From Bacteroidota bacterium (GTDB lineage: Bacteria; Bacteroidota; Rhodothermia; Rhodothermales; DATKEJ01), in the NCBI GenBank assembly GCA_038749615.1, contig JBCDHV010000001.1:1-35657 (forward strand): a stretch of DNA of 35,657 nucleotides. The letters are read 5' to 3'. Position numbers and translations under genes: made by a program. This document shows positions 7,693 through 14,912 of the stretch, piece after piece. The notes beneath the pieces are model-generated. The model was not told the DNA's origin. It did no database searches and was given only the letters and a program-made list of their open reading frames with translations. Every line of letters starts with the position of its first letter. Positions within the stretch are counted from its first letter, which is position 1.

Positions 7693-9579
7693 CTAGAGCA
7701 TGGGGTTATCCAAGTCCTCCTCCGAGTAGTTCATTTCCTTGAGAAGATCTTCAATATTGGTTTCCATGCCAGAGAGGAGCCGGTCAAGAACACGGTCGTA
7801 ATCATCCTCCAGCTTACCGAGGCGCTGCCGCACGCGCGTGCGGCGCACCTCAATGGCCCGAAGTCGCTCATTGTACGATTTTATCTTACCGTCGTAGCTG
7901 CCCGAAGACTCTAGTTTTTCTAGTTTTGTAGCTTCAAGACTTGCAATCTCATCCAAAAGCGACTGGTGCTTTTTTATTAGATGAATGCTAATGTTCTCAC
8001 CTGGAGATAAAGTGATTATACCTTCAACCTCCTCAAGCTCAGATCGAAGACTTTTAGTCATAGCATCGATTTGGTCAATAGATCTTGAGAAAGCTTCAGA
8101 TTCGCTGATGATAGCGTCAAGTTGCAGCAGGGCGGAGTCATATGCGTCGTCCTCTTGAGCAATCCTGGTTCTGGTGTCGCCTATTGCTGCCTGGATTTTG
8201 TTCAATAGAGCATCAGTCTTAGAGTCGGCATGTGCTTCGTCTTCCTCTACTCTAAGACGGATCTCGGCTCTTTGCTTATCGAGCTTCTCCCGCTTCTCTT
8301 TTTCAGCAGCGTCGTTTTCTCTTTTCTCATCCCTCGCCCTTTGGCGGGCTCGTCGAGATCTTTCGGCTTCGTCTAAGAGCGATTTGTCTCTACGAGCTTG
8401 TGCCTTTTTGAGGTCGAACTCGTTAAGCCATTCTTCAAAATCATAGTCGCGTAAAGGCGATCTTGAGTAAGACCGGTTCTCTTCATATTCGATATACTCA
8501 TCGTAGGCGCCTTGTATGTACCTTTCCCACCTGCTCTGGAGATACCCGTTCAGGTATAGCCTAATTGCGTGTGGCTGCAGCAATTTTATCAGAATCGTTG
8601 AAAGGAACATCCCGTAAAGCAGCAGGATGGCTAGTCGCTCGGCCTTTTGATATGCATTATTTGAGCCCATGAGCTCGATCTGGATCTGTCGATTCGCAAA
8701 TGATCCAACTAGGGAGGGGACACCGTAGGTAGTCACCAGAGAGTCGTAAGGCATGCCTTTGATTCTCGCCGACTCTGAATTGAAGAGAGAATCAATGGCG
8801 CTCAGCTCAATCTCCTTGGCCTTGATGTTCTGTTCCATGGAGATGGCAACGACACTCCTTCCATAAGACCGAGATCCCCCGGTGCCATTAATTTCTGCAG
8901 TAAGACTGTCTCTGAGTGCATCGAGAGAGCTGGTGAGTTTAGCCTTGCGGTCAGCATTTCTAGACCGGAGAGTGTCAACGAGCACTCTCCTTTGCTCGCC
9001 ACGCTTCTCGGCCAAGGCAGCGTCTATATCCTCAGTGATCAGTATCTGAGCTAGGTATGGAGCAGTTATGAACGTGAAGCCAAGCAGGACGCCAATTCGA
9101 AGCGAAACTGCCAAGAACAGCTTTAAAGATTCACCAGACGCAAGACTATATATGCGGGCAAAAATGGAATCCAAGTGTTCTGGCTTGCCCTCCCTGTCTT
9201 CCTGGGCCAAATAAGACGGTTTCGAGAAATCGCTGGTTATGAAGGTGGAATCGATAAACCATATCATTCCAGCAACAACTAGCCCAACGGCTACACCAGA
9301 GATCCACCTGCCAGCCGTACTTTCAAAAGGCAAAATATCCTGAACAATGATCGTCCAGGTAAAGCCTTCTATGATCGCCATGGCAATGGCTAAAAACGCC
9401 ATAGCCCCTAGCCATGCTCCTGCTAGCGGTAGTAGATTCTTCCTTCCATGGGGACGCATCAGCAAGGTTCGCCTGAATCGCTCCCCTGTCGAAGGTTCGT
9501 CCCGAGTCAAATCCGGGTGCTGCGTTTCCTTAGCGCTACGGTGTTCCATAATTCCCCGCGAAGTATCAAATAATTCCAC
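7693..9579 (-). CDS. Multi-pass membrane protein with internal and long C-terminal charged coiled coils (DUF4407-like)
   Basis: Four hydrophobic helices are visible (LAGAWLGAMAFLAIAMAII, ISGVAVGLVVAGMIWFI, LFLAVSLRIGVLLGFTFI, LAILLLYGMFLSTILI). The motif EINGTGGSRSYGRS is present, followed by about 250 aa of E/K/R-rich heptad-like sequence. The start is GTG 9579 or ATG 9549. Confidence 0.75.
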   Translation of the reverse strand: MELFDTSRGIMEHRSAKETQHPDLTRDEPSTGERFRRTLLMRPHGRKNLLPLAGAWLGAMAFLAIAMAIIEGFTWTIIVQDILPFESTAGRWISGVAVGLVVAGMIWFIDSTFITSDFSKPSYLAQEDREGKPEHLDSIFARIYSLASGESLKLFLAVSLRIGVLLGFTFITAPYLAQILITEDIDAALAEKRGEQRRVLVDTLRSRNADRKAKLTSSLDALRDSLTAEINGTGGSRSYGRSVVAISMEQNIKAKEIELSAIDSLFNSESARIKGMPYDSLVTTYGVPSLVGSFANRQIQIELMGSNNAYQKAERLAILLLYGMFLSTILIKLLQPHAIRLYLNGYLQSRWERYIQGAYDEYIEYEENRSYSRSPLRDYDFEEWLNEFDLKKAQARRDKSLLDEAERSRRARQRARDEKRENDAAEKEKREKLDKQRAEIRLRVEEDEAHADSKTDALLNKIQAAIGDTRTRIAQEDDAYDSALLQLDAIISESEAFSRSIDQIDAMTKSLRSELEEVEGIITLSPGENISIHLIKKHQSLLDEIASLEATKLEKLESSGSYDGKIKSYNERLRAIEVRRTRVRQRLGKLEDDYDRVLDRLLSGMETNIEDLLKEMNYSEEDLDNPML

Positions 9580-9738
9580 TCGCGAAACATGTGGAAGATC
9601 CCGTTGCTTTCAAACGTGTGATCCAATAGAAGCGGTCTGCACTCGAGGTTCTTGCATCGCATATCCACCCGGCATTCAAACCAACCACAGAATAACACAT
9701 AAAGCCGAGGATGTCACGGCAGTGATCGCGCGATCGCG

Positions 9739-9787
9739 AGCAGCCAGTCGTAGAGCGCGCTACCCAGGCCGCCGGCGACTGGCTGCT
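9739..9787 (-). terminator. 12-bp GC-rich stem (AGCAGCCAGTCG / CGACTGGCTGCT) with 25-nt loop, about 30 nt downstream of the DUF1353 gene stop
   Basis: The inverted repeat was read directly. There is no U-tract. The 12-bp palindrome GATCGCGCGATC lies adjacent at about 9724-9735. Confidence 0.3.
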
Positions 9788-9815
9788 TGATCCTTCTACT
9801 GATCTATTTTCATGC

Positions 9816-10529
9816 TCAGTCGTAACTCAGTCCGCAGTGGCGTCTGTCTGCAGGTAAGCTGAACTGCCTAGTTCCTTTGCCTCGCAAGTGCTCTCGCAAG
9901 CGAAGCCAGTCTCCGTCATACGTCCAATTTGATAGCGGTACGACTTTGACATATCCCTTCTTTCTATCGTTCTGGTTCTCTCTCCACGCGTTTCCCCCCG
10001 CTGCTCTCAGCGCGGCGTAGACTGCCCATATCCGATCTGGTCTGACTTGAAGATCTTGCATTGCAGCTCGCATGACCTTGTCCGCAGTCTCACGGTCTTC
10101 ACATTCCTGGGTCCAATAGAGATAATCGTGGATAATAGCGGCACGCTTATGCTTGCCAGCAACAGATACGTACGACCTTACACGTGGTGGTACGCTTGTC
10201 AAGTCGGTAACAAACCCTGCTGGGACAACGATTTTCTCTCCTCTGGTACCAACTTCGTAGATCATATTCTGAGCAAGCATCCAGAACTTTCCGTCCCTAA
10301 AGTCTAACAGCGCCGCCCTTGTAGGTGGTTTTCGATATGGGTCGTTAAGGTCAATTAGGTACAAATCGTCGTCGAGAAAACTCGCGCTGTCAGCAAGTGA
10401 GGTTACATAAAGCCAGAACATTTCTTTTGAAGAACTTTCACGGGGATAACTAATTTCCCTGTAGGCACACCCTGATAGCCATAGGACACATGTAAAAGCT
10501 AGAGTTACAGTAAGCGTGTACTTTCTCAT
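9816..10529 (-). CDS. DUF1353-family lipoprotein
   Basis: The start is at MRKYTL, with a signal peptide and lipobox (VLWLSGC). The DUF1353 signature is GFVTDLTSVPP...AAIIHDYLYW. Confidence 0.8.
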   Translation of the reverse strand: MRKYTLTVTLAFTCVLWLSGCAYREISYPRESSSKEMFWLYVTSLADSASFLDDDLYLIDLNDPYRKPPTRAALLDFRDGKFWMLAQNMIYEVGTRGEKIVVPAGFVTDLTSVPPRVRSYVSVAGKHKRAAIIHDYLYWTQECEDRETADKVMRAAMQDLQVRPDRIWAVYAALRAAGGNAWRENQNDRKKGYVKVVPLSNWTYDGDWLRLREHLRGKGTRQFSLPADRRHCGLSYD

Positions 10530-10820
10530 GGCAAGAATGGTCGGCACGCAGCACAAAGAGTAGGAGGGGCAAGCCTAACAGGTTTCCTACTGGCATTCTA
10601 ACGACTGATGTTGAACTTAGTCAAAGGCGTTCGGGATTGATTAAAAAATATACAGCCGGCGCAATAGACCGGAAAACCCCGGCATCCGGCATTTCAGCAC
10701 TGGCCGGCTAGTCGAGGTAAGTCTCCGGCCCATCGAGTTCAATCAGGAGAGAGTCGATGGCGTCTAGTGGCGGATCGTCGGGACGCGTGGTGCCGGTGAG
10801 GTGCCGGCGGGTGAGGAAGG

Positions 10821-10857
10821 TCACCGGCTCACCAGCCGGCTCATCTGCTGGGTGATG
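10821..10857. repeat. Direct-repeat copy A: orphan remnant of a repressor 3-prime end (minus-strand frame ...SITQQMSRLVSR-stop)
   Basis: 32/37 identical to 12767-12803, with 24 nt identical (10834-10857 = 12780-12803). The remnant frame is closed after 14 codons by the YbjQ gene stop at 10866-10868. Confidence 0.8.
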
Positions 10858-10865
10858 CTGGTTAC

Positions 10866-11918
10866 CTACGAGTGCGTCAAAACCCGCGTGAGGGCATCGG
10901 CCCTGTTGAGCAGCCGGTTGATTACTACTGGTGGGGATACGTAAGAAGAAGGAACGCCGTACACGTCTCGCCGGCAGGTTGAGCAGCGGACGTCTTCCTC
11001 ATGAAAGCTTGCTCCGCACGCACCGCACAGGCGGACCACGACCTCTTCTTTTGAAAACATGCCCACGGTGCGTTGTTCGTTCACCACGGTCACAGGGAAT
11101 TGCTGCTCGACCAGCTCGGCGACTCTGCGCATGGGATTGATGTCGCCGGCTCCGTAGCTGCGCTTGGCTGCACCCGCAGCGGTAAGCCCGTTCAACCGTA
11201 CCTCTTCGTCTTCGCTCATCAGAAGTGGCCGGATGCGCCCTGGATCGAACAGACGGCCTTGCTCGACGACGATGCGCCCGAGCTCACCTGCGGAAAGCAC
11301 CGGACGCGCTAGCCAACCATAGACCGCCTCCTTCGCCGCCTCTTCGGGAAGCGCAAGAACGTATTTGATGATGGGGCCCGGGTTATCCTTATCAAGTCGC
11401 CGCCTGCTCTGCGCCAGCTCAGCGTTGATTTGCGGCAAAGCTGCTGGCGACCGGTGTTTGGCTGCAAAGGCGAGGTCACGCCTAGAGAGCGAGGACGTGT
11501 TTGCTGCTATCTCGGCAAGACGCATTTGAACCCCGAGAGCGTCAGCGTCTATGCGACTCGGTCTGTTCGGCTGGTCAGCGGGCGTGTCTAGCGTTACTGC
11601 TGTACCAGAAGCGGTCACCATGAACATGCTTTTGCCGCCCCCTGAGACCTCGTCAAAATCGACACGCACACCCACAACTGCGTGGGCTCCGCGATCCAGA
11701 CCAGCGTCGGCAAGCTGGTCAAGGACTTCCTTGTTGATCGAGGCCAACTGCTTGTGGTACGACTGGGATCGGCCACCGAACACGTCGCTGAAGCTTGCCG
11801 CCATGTCAGCAAAAAGATTCGTGCCGGCAACGACGTAGGCCGAAACTACTCCGAGGTACCCGGTAATGCGTGCGCCTTCGACGTGTGGAGTTGTGGTGAC
11901 GATGATTGGGGAAGCCAT
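10866..11918 (-). CDS. YbjQ (UPF0145/DUF74) domain protein with helical middle region and C-terminal zinc ribbon
   Basis: The first ~105 aa align with E. coli YbjQ as I recall it (TTP.VEG..I..YLGVV...G.N.F.D......GGRS.SY.K.L...GA.AVVGV..D...V....MFMV.ASGTAV). The C-terminus carries CGACG...CSTCRR. It is the last gene of the minus-strand lysogeny operon. Confidence 0.85.
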   Translation of the reverse strand: MASPIIVTTTPHVEGARITGYLGVVSAYVVAGTNLFADMAASFSDVFGGRSQSYHKQLASINKEVLDQLADAGLDRGAHAVVGVRVDFDEVSGGGKSMFMVTASGTAVTLDTPADQPNRPSRIDADALGVQMRLAEIAANTSSLSRRDLAFAAKHRSPAALPQINAELAQSRRRLDKDNPGPIIKYVLALPEEAAKEAVYGWLARPVLSAGELGRIVVEQGRLFDPGRIRPLLMSEDEEVRLNGLTAAGAAKRSYGAGDINPMRRVAELVEQQFPVTVVNEQRTVGMFSKEEVVVRLCGACGASFHEEDVRCSTCRRDVYGVPSSYVSPPVVINRLLNRADALTRVLTHS

Positions 11919-11982
11919 GCAGAGAAAAAAAACTGATAAGGCAGGTTTGAAACAGTGGCGAGATCCTGCAAGGCCCGTCGGC

Positions 11983-12747
11983 TCAGCGGCTGGGGAAGAG
12001 TTGCTGCTGCACCGCGCCGGCCATGCTCGTAATCGCCTCCTTCACTTCGCGCATCAGCATTTGGGAAACTTGCCGGCGTGGCCACAAGACAGGGCCAACC
12101 ACACGAAAGTCCACCTTCCGTCCGGTCTCTTGCTGAATGAGTGTACCGTCGTTACCTGGGGTGAGTACTTCGTCACGGTAGCCGGTGGAGCGGTTGTCGC
12201 ATTTTAGCACGAGACTACCATCACTGAGACGCTGGACCCGCCTAAGAATGAGGCGTCCATTGACTTCGAGAACGTGGCGACCCGAGCCGGCAATGCGGTC
12301 GGAAGCTCTGTAGAAGACCACGTCACCTTCGGTTGCACTTGGCTCCATGCAGTCGCCAGTCACGGCCCAGATTCCAATCTGTCCACCAAGCTCTATCCCG
12401 AGCACGGTTTGCAGGACGTAGCGATGCAGAAAGATCTCTTCAGTCTGATCTGACCCTGTGAGCCGGCGGTCGCAGACAGTGATCGCTACGTACGCATCGC
12501 TCGGAATTGGCCGCCGAGCGGAAGAGACCACGCTTGCAACTTCGCCTTCAGCTAGCCACTCGAAAGACACTTCCAATACGTGGGCATACAGAGCAAGCGC
12601 TCGGTTTGGAACGGGGTACTTCCCGGATTCATGTCGAACCACGCTGCGTAGATGCATCCCAGTCTTGTCCGCTAATTCGGACTGCGTCAGTGATCGGCGC
12701 TTCCGAGCTTTTTTCAGGCGGACAGAAACAGGGGACTCAGAAGGCAT
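11983..12747 (-). CDS. CI/LexA-like HTH-XRE plus S24-fold protein with substituted catalytic dyad (Ser to Cys, Lys to Arg)
   Basis: The HTH is RRSLTQSELADKTGMHLRSVVRHESG. The S24 region reads GDCMEP instead of G(D/T)SMEP, and LILRRV instead of VKRL/VKRI. Confidence 0.85.
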   Translation of the reverse strand: MPSESPVSVRLKKARKRRSLTQSELADKTGMHLRSVVRHESGKYPVPNRALALYAHVLEVSFEWLAEGEVASVVSSARRPIPSDAYVAITVCDRRLTGSDQTEEIFLHRYVLQTVLGIELGGQIGIWAVTGDCMEPSATEGDVVFYRASDRIAGSGRHVLEVNGRLILRRVQRLSDGSLVLKCDNRSTGYRDEVLTPGNDGTLIQQETGRKVDFRVVGPVLWPRRQVSQMLMREVKEAITSMAGAVQQQLFPSR

Positions 12748-12766
12748 GAGTGCGAAAGCGTCAGCG

Positions 12767-12803
12767 CTACCGGTTTACGAGCCGGCTCATCTGCTGGGTG
12801 ATG
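12767..12803. repeat. Direct-repeat copy B: genuine 3-prime end of the CI repressor gene (...TITQQMSRLVNR-stop)
   Basis: This is the partner of 10821-10857, 1946 bp away. Confidence 0.8.
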
Positions 12804-13504
12804 GTTGAGAGGATCGCCTGAGGCGTGTCCGGCGGAAAGACGACCCGGCCGCGAACGTTGACGCGCAACCGCAGGTCGTTGTCGTCGTCGCTGTACATGT
12901 CTTCACCCAGCGGTCGCAGCGTGCGGGTGACGTGAGCCGGATTGTCGCTCACCACCTTGATCGCGCCGCCTCCGAGCTTCTCGATGCGCTTGACCTCTTC
13001 GCCGTCGTCGTCGTCGAAGTAGAGCACGTAGCGGCCGGCGGCTGTGATGCCGTGGACCACCTCGACAAGAATGGGAGTGCCGTCGGGCAGCCACGGCTCC
13101 ATCGAGGTGCCACGCACCCTCGTCCAGTACGCCTCATCGGAATCGAGCGTGCGGCCACTCGTCCATGCCTTCAGGACGTCCACCGGGGTAATGATGTATT
13201 CGCCCGTGTCCTCTTGCTCTTGGCCCGGGCCGGCTCCGACGCCGCCGGCAAAATATCGATGCCGGACAACGCTGGAGGTACCTTCAGTCAGGCTTTCGGA
13301 GTGGCCGTTTGAGAGAGTTTGTTCGCCTTCTCCAATGGAGTGAAGCAGCCAGGCCCTTTTGTTTTTAGGAATTCTTCCGCCCAGATAATTCTTGAGCGTG
13401 GAGACTGAAATCTTGAGAGAGACGGCTGTCTCCTCTTGGTTTAAGCCCTTCTCTAGCATCCACGATCGAAGTAGAGCAGAGATTTTATCAGGTGAAATAG
13501 TCAA
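12767..13504 (-). CDS. CI-type prophage repressor (HTH plus intact S24 autopeptidase domain)
   Basis: The HTH is LNQEETAVSLKISVSTLKNYL. The S24 Ser motif is VRGTSMEPW and the Lys motif is EEVKRIEKL. The apparent start is TTG at 13504. It is divergent from an RHH gene. Confidence 0.85.
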   Translation of the reverse strand: MTISPDKISALLRSWMLEKGLNQEETAVSLKISVSTLKNYLGGRIPKNKRAWLLHSIGEGEQTLSNGHSESLTEGTSSVVRHRYFAGGVGAGPGQEQEDTGEYIITPVDVLKAWTSGRTLDSDEAYWTRVRGTSMEPWLPDGTPILVEVVHGITAAGRYVLYFDDDDGEEVKRIEKLGGGAIKVVSDNPAHVTRTLRPLGEDMYSDDDNDLRLRVNVRGRVVFPPDTPQAILSTITQQMSRLVNR

Positions 13505-13593
13505 TTTTAGACATTTTGATATTGCGTAGGGGCCTAAATTTGGCTATTCTACGGGTGCAAGAGCTATCTGTTACACCCTAAAGATATCAGGCC
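13505..13593. promoter_or_regulatory. Divergent immunity-switch intergenic region with candidate operator half-sites
   Basis: It lies between the CI gene (minus) and the RHH gene (plus). An imperfect inverted pair TGATAT-N3/4-TAGG occurs at 13517-13530 and 13577-13589 (reverse complement). GGGTG-N16-CACCC occurs at about 13553-13578. Confidence 0.35.
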
Positions 13594-13773
13594 ATGCCTA
13601 CGGATCAAATCATAGTTCGCGTTTCGAGGACGGAGCGCGAACGGATTGAGCGGGCCGCAGAGATCGACAGGCGGTCTCGCAATCAGTTCTTGAGAGTCCA
13701 CGGCCTCGAAAAAGCCGAGCGTGTGTTGCGCGAAGCCGGCGAACTCGAACGCGAGGAGGCCGGCGATGCCTAG
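13594..13773 (+). CDS. Ribbon-helix-helix (CopG/Arc-like) protein, 59 aa; positional Cro analog
   Basis: It is not in the ORF track because it is under 60 aa. My translation is MPTDQIIVRVSRTERERIERAAEIDRRSRNQFLRVHGLEKAERVLREAGELEREEAGDA, which has a beta-strand/helix/helix pattern. Its stop overlaps the next start (ATGCCTAG). Confidence 0.6.
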   Translation: MPTDQIIVRVSRTERERIERAAEIDRRSRNQFLRVHGLEKAERVLREAGELEREEAGDA

Positions 13774-14083
13774 GAAAGCGACGAGCTACAAGCGGGCCGA
13801 AGAGCTGATGGCCGGCGATGTCTTACAAGTTGTGCCCTTCTGTTTCGCGACAGTGACACGGGTCATCCTTGACGAGACGCACGCCGAGGTGTCGCTAGAG
13901 ATTGAGACGACGCTACCGGCAGATGGCATCGAGATCACGATGCCAGTCGAGCGCGGACAGATCGTCACGATCTACGGCGAGGACTCAACACCATTGCCCA
14001 ACAGGGCAAACGGGCCGGTCCCCGGCCCTAAATCGCCCGCAATGGCGACTCACGACGGGCGGGGAGTTCGCCCGTCTACCTAA
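13766..14083 (+). CDS. Hypothetical early protein (member of the small AGD-motif paralog set)
   Basis: I use an internal ATG of ORF 13721..14083 that is coupled to the RHH stop. The motif is EELMAGDVLQVV. Confidence 0.55.
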   Translation: MPRKATSYKRAEELMAGDVLQVVPFCFATVTRVILDETHAEVSLEIETTLPADGIEITMPVERGQIVTIYGEDSTPLPNRANGPVPGPKSPAMATHDGRGVRPST

Positions 14084-14167
14084 AACGAACGCCAGCACCC
14101 TGAGCCTGAGAAACTGGGGTGCCGGCGAGCCGGGCCGAGATCCGGCCCTCAAACCGAGAGGTCTAGA

Positions 14168-14407
14168 ATGAGCATACGAAGACTAGCACGAATGAGCAAA
14201 CGATGGCGCAAGGGCGGGCTCCGGCCCACCCCAGAGCGCACGGGCGACGGCCGGCGACGAATCAGGGTAGGGGACTACGTGAGTTTCCAGCAATGGATCG
14301 GAGGTCGAGGCTACGTCTGGACCTACCGCGTCGGTACGCTGCTGATGACCGAAGAAGAGTTCAACCGCCGGTATGTCGTGGCCGGAAGTGTGCGGGGGGC
14401 GGCATGA
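14168..14407 (+). CDS. Hypothetical early protein, 79 aa
   Basis: The ORF has an ATGA overlap with the next gene. The motif is IRVGDYVSF. Confidence 0.55.
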   Translation: MSIRRLARMSKRWRKGGLRPTPERTGDGRRRIRVGDYVSFQQWIGGRGYVWTYRVGTLLMTEEEFNRRYVVAGSVRGAA

Positions 14408-14628
14408 TGATCCAAGGACCTGAAATCAGAGCCGGCCAGCTCGTGCGCCTGCCGTCGTGGAGCTATCCGCTTCGTGTCACGGGCGTCGAGCACGAGGGCT
14501 CGATGACATGGCTCGTCGGCGAGTTCGTCGGCGAAGGAGCCCCTGAGGGCCGGCGTGAGCGCGTGATTCTGCCGGACATGTACGTCGAACTAGCGCCGGA
14601 TGCCGGCGCTGGGGAGGTGCCGGCATGA
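14404..14628 (+). CDS. Hypothetical early protein, 74 aa
   Basis: ATGA overlaps occur at both ends. The motif is IRAGQLVRL and the protein ends in EVPA at the conserved junction 17-mer. Confidence 0.55.
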   Translation: MMIQGPEIRAGQLVRLPSWSYPLRVTGVEHEGSMTWLVGEFVGEGAPEGRRERVILPDMYVELAPDAGAGEVPA

Positions 14629-14912
14629 GTCTAAAAACTGAGCACATCAACGAACGGGCGATCCGGCTTGGCGACGGGGCGCTTTATGTCCCCTCGGAAG
14701 ATGCGGAGTTCGTGTCGATCGATATCCATAGTGATGTCGCTGTGCACACGGAAGAGCCCGAATTCACGGCTGCGACAGGCCTATGGTGGTCGTCTGACGA
14801 GATCGAAGTTGGATACGTGGACCCTGAGGTGGCCGCTGCTGAACTCTACCGCATTGTCCGGTATCAGTCGGGCCGGCTGCACCGCCTCGAACGAGTGGAG
14901 GTGCCGGCATGA
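14625..14912 (+). CDS. Hypothetical early protein, 95 aa
   Basis: It starts and ends in the conserved GGAGGTGCCGGCATGAG junction. Confidence 0.6.
   Translation: MSLKTEHINERAIRLGDGALYVPSEDAEFVSIDIHSDVAVHTEEPEFTAATGLWWSSDEIEVGYVDPEVAAAELYRIVRYQSGRLHRLERVEVPA

Larger units (their letters stand above)
1551..10820. other. Compositionally mosaic, mostly lower-GC accessory island between int and the immunity operon
   Basis: Hand counts give about 45% GC at 5041-5100 and about 72% at 6841-6900. GCCGGC is dense in the backbone and nearly absent from the low-GC blocks. Gene content is unrelated to phage propagation. Confidence 0.7.

Noticed and set aside
7693-9579. Reading the membrane coiled-coil protein as ZorA (Zorya)
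   Set aside because: No MotA/ExbB-like motif was recognised, and there is no ZorB/OmpA-like partner or ZorC/D-type gene nearby. The TM/coiled-coil/TM arrangement fits DUF4407 better.
10709-10830. A coding-looking minus-strand frame (...LDAIDSLLIELDGPETYLD-stop) left of the orphan repressor remnant
   Set aside because: It has no plausible start codon and spans under 40 codons. It may be a gene fragment left by the rearrangement, but it cannot be called a CDS.
13535-13542. TAAATTTG matching the Bacteroidota -7 promoter consensus (TAnnTTTG) in the immunity intergenic region
   Set aside because: This is a single occurrence. The phage genes use strong GGAGG Shine-Dalgarno sites, which argues against a Bacteroidota-type host. 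I do not use it for taxonomy or promoter calling.
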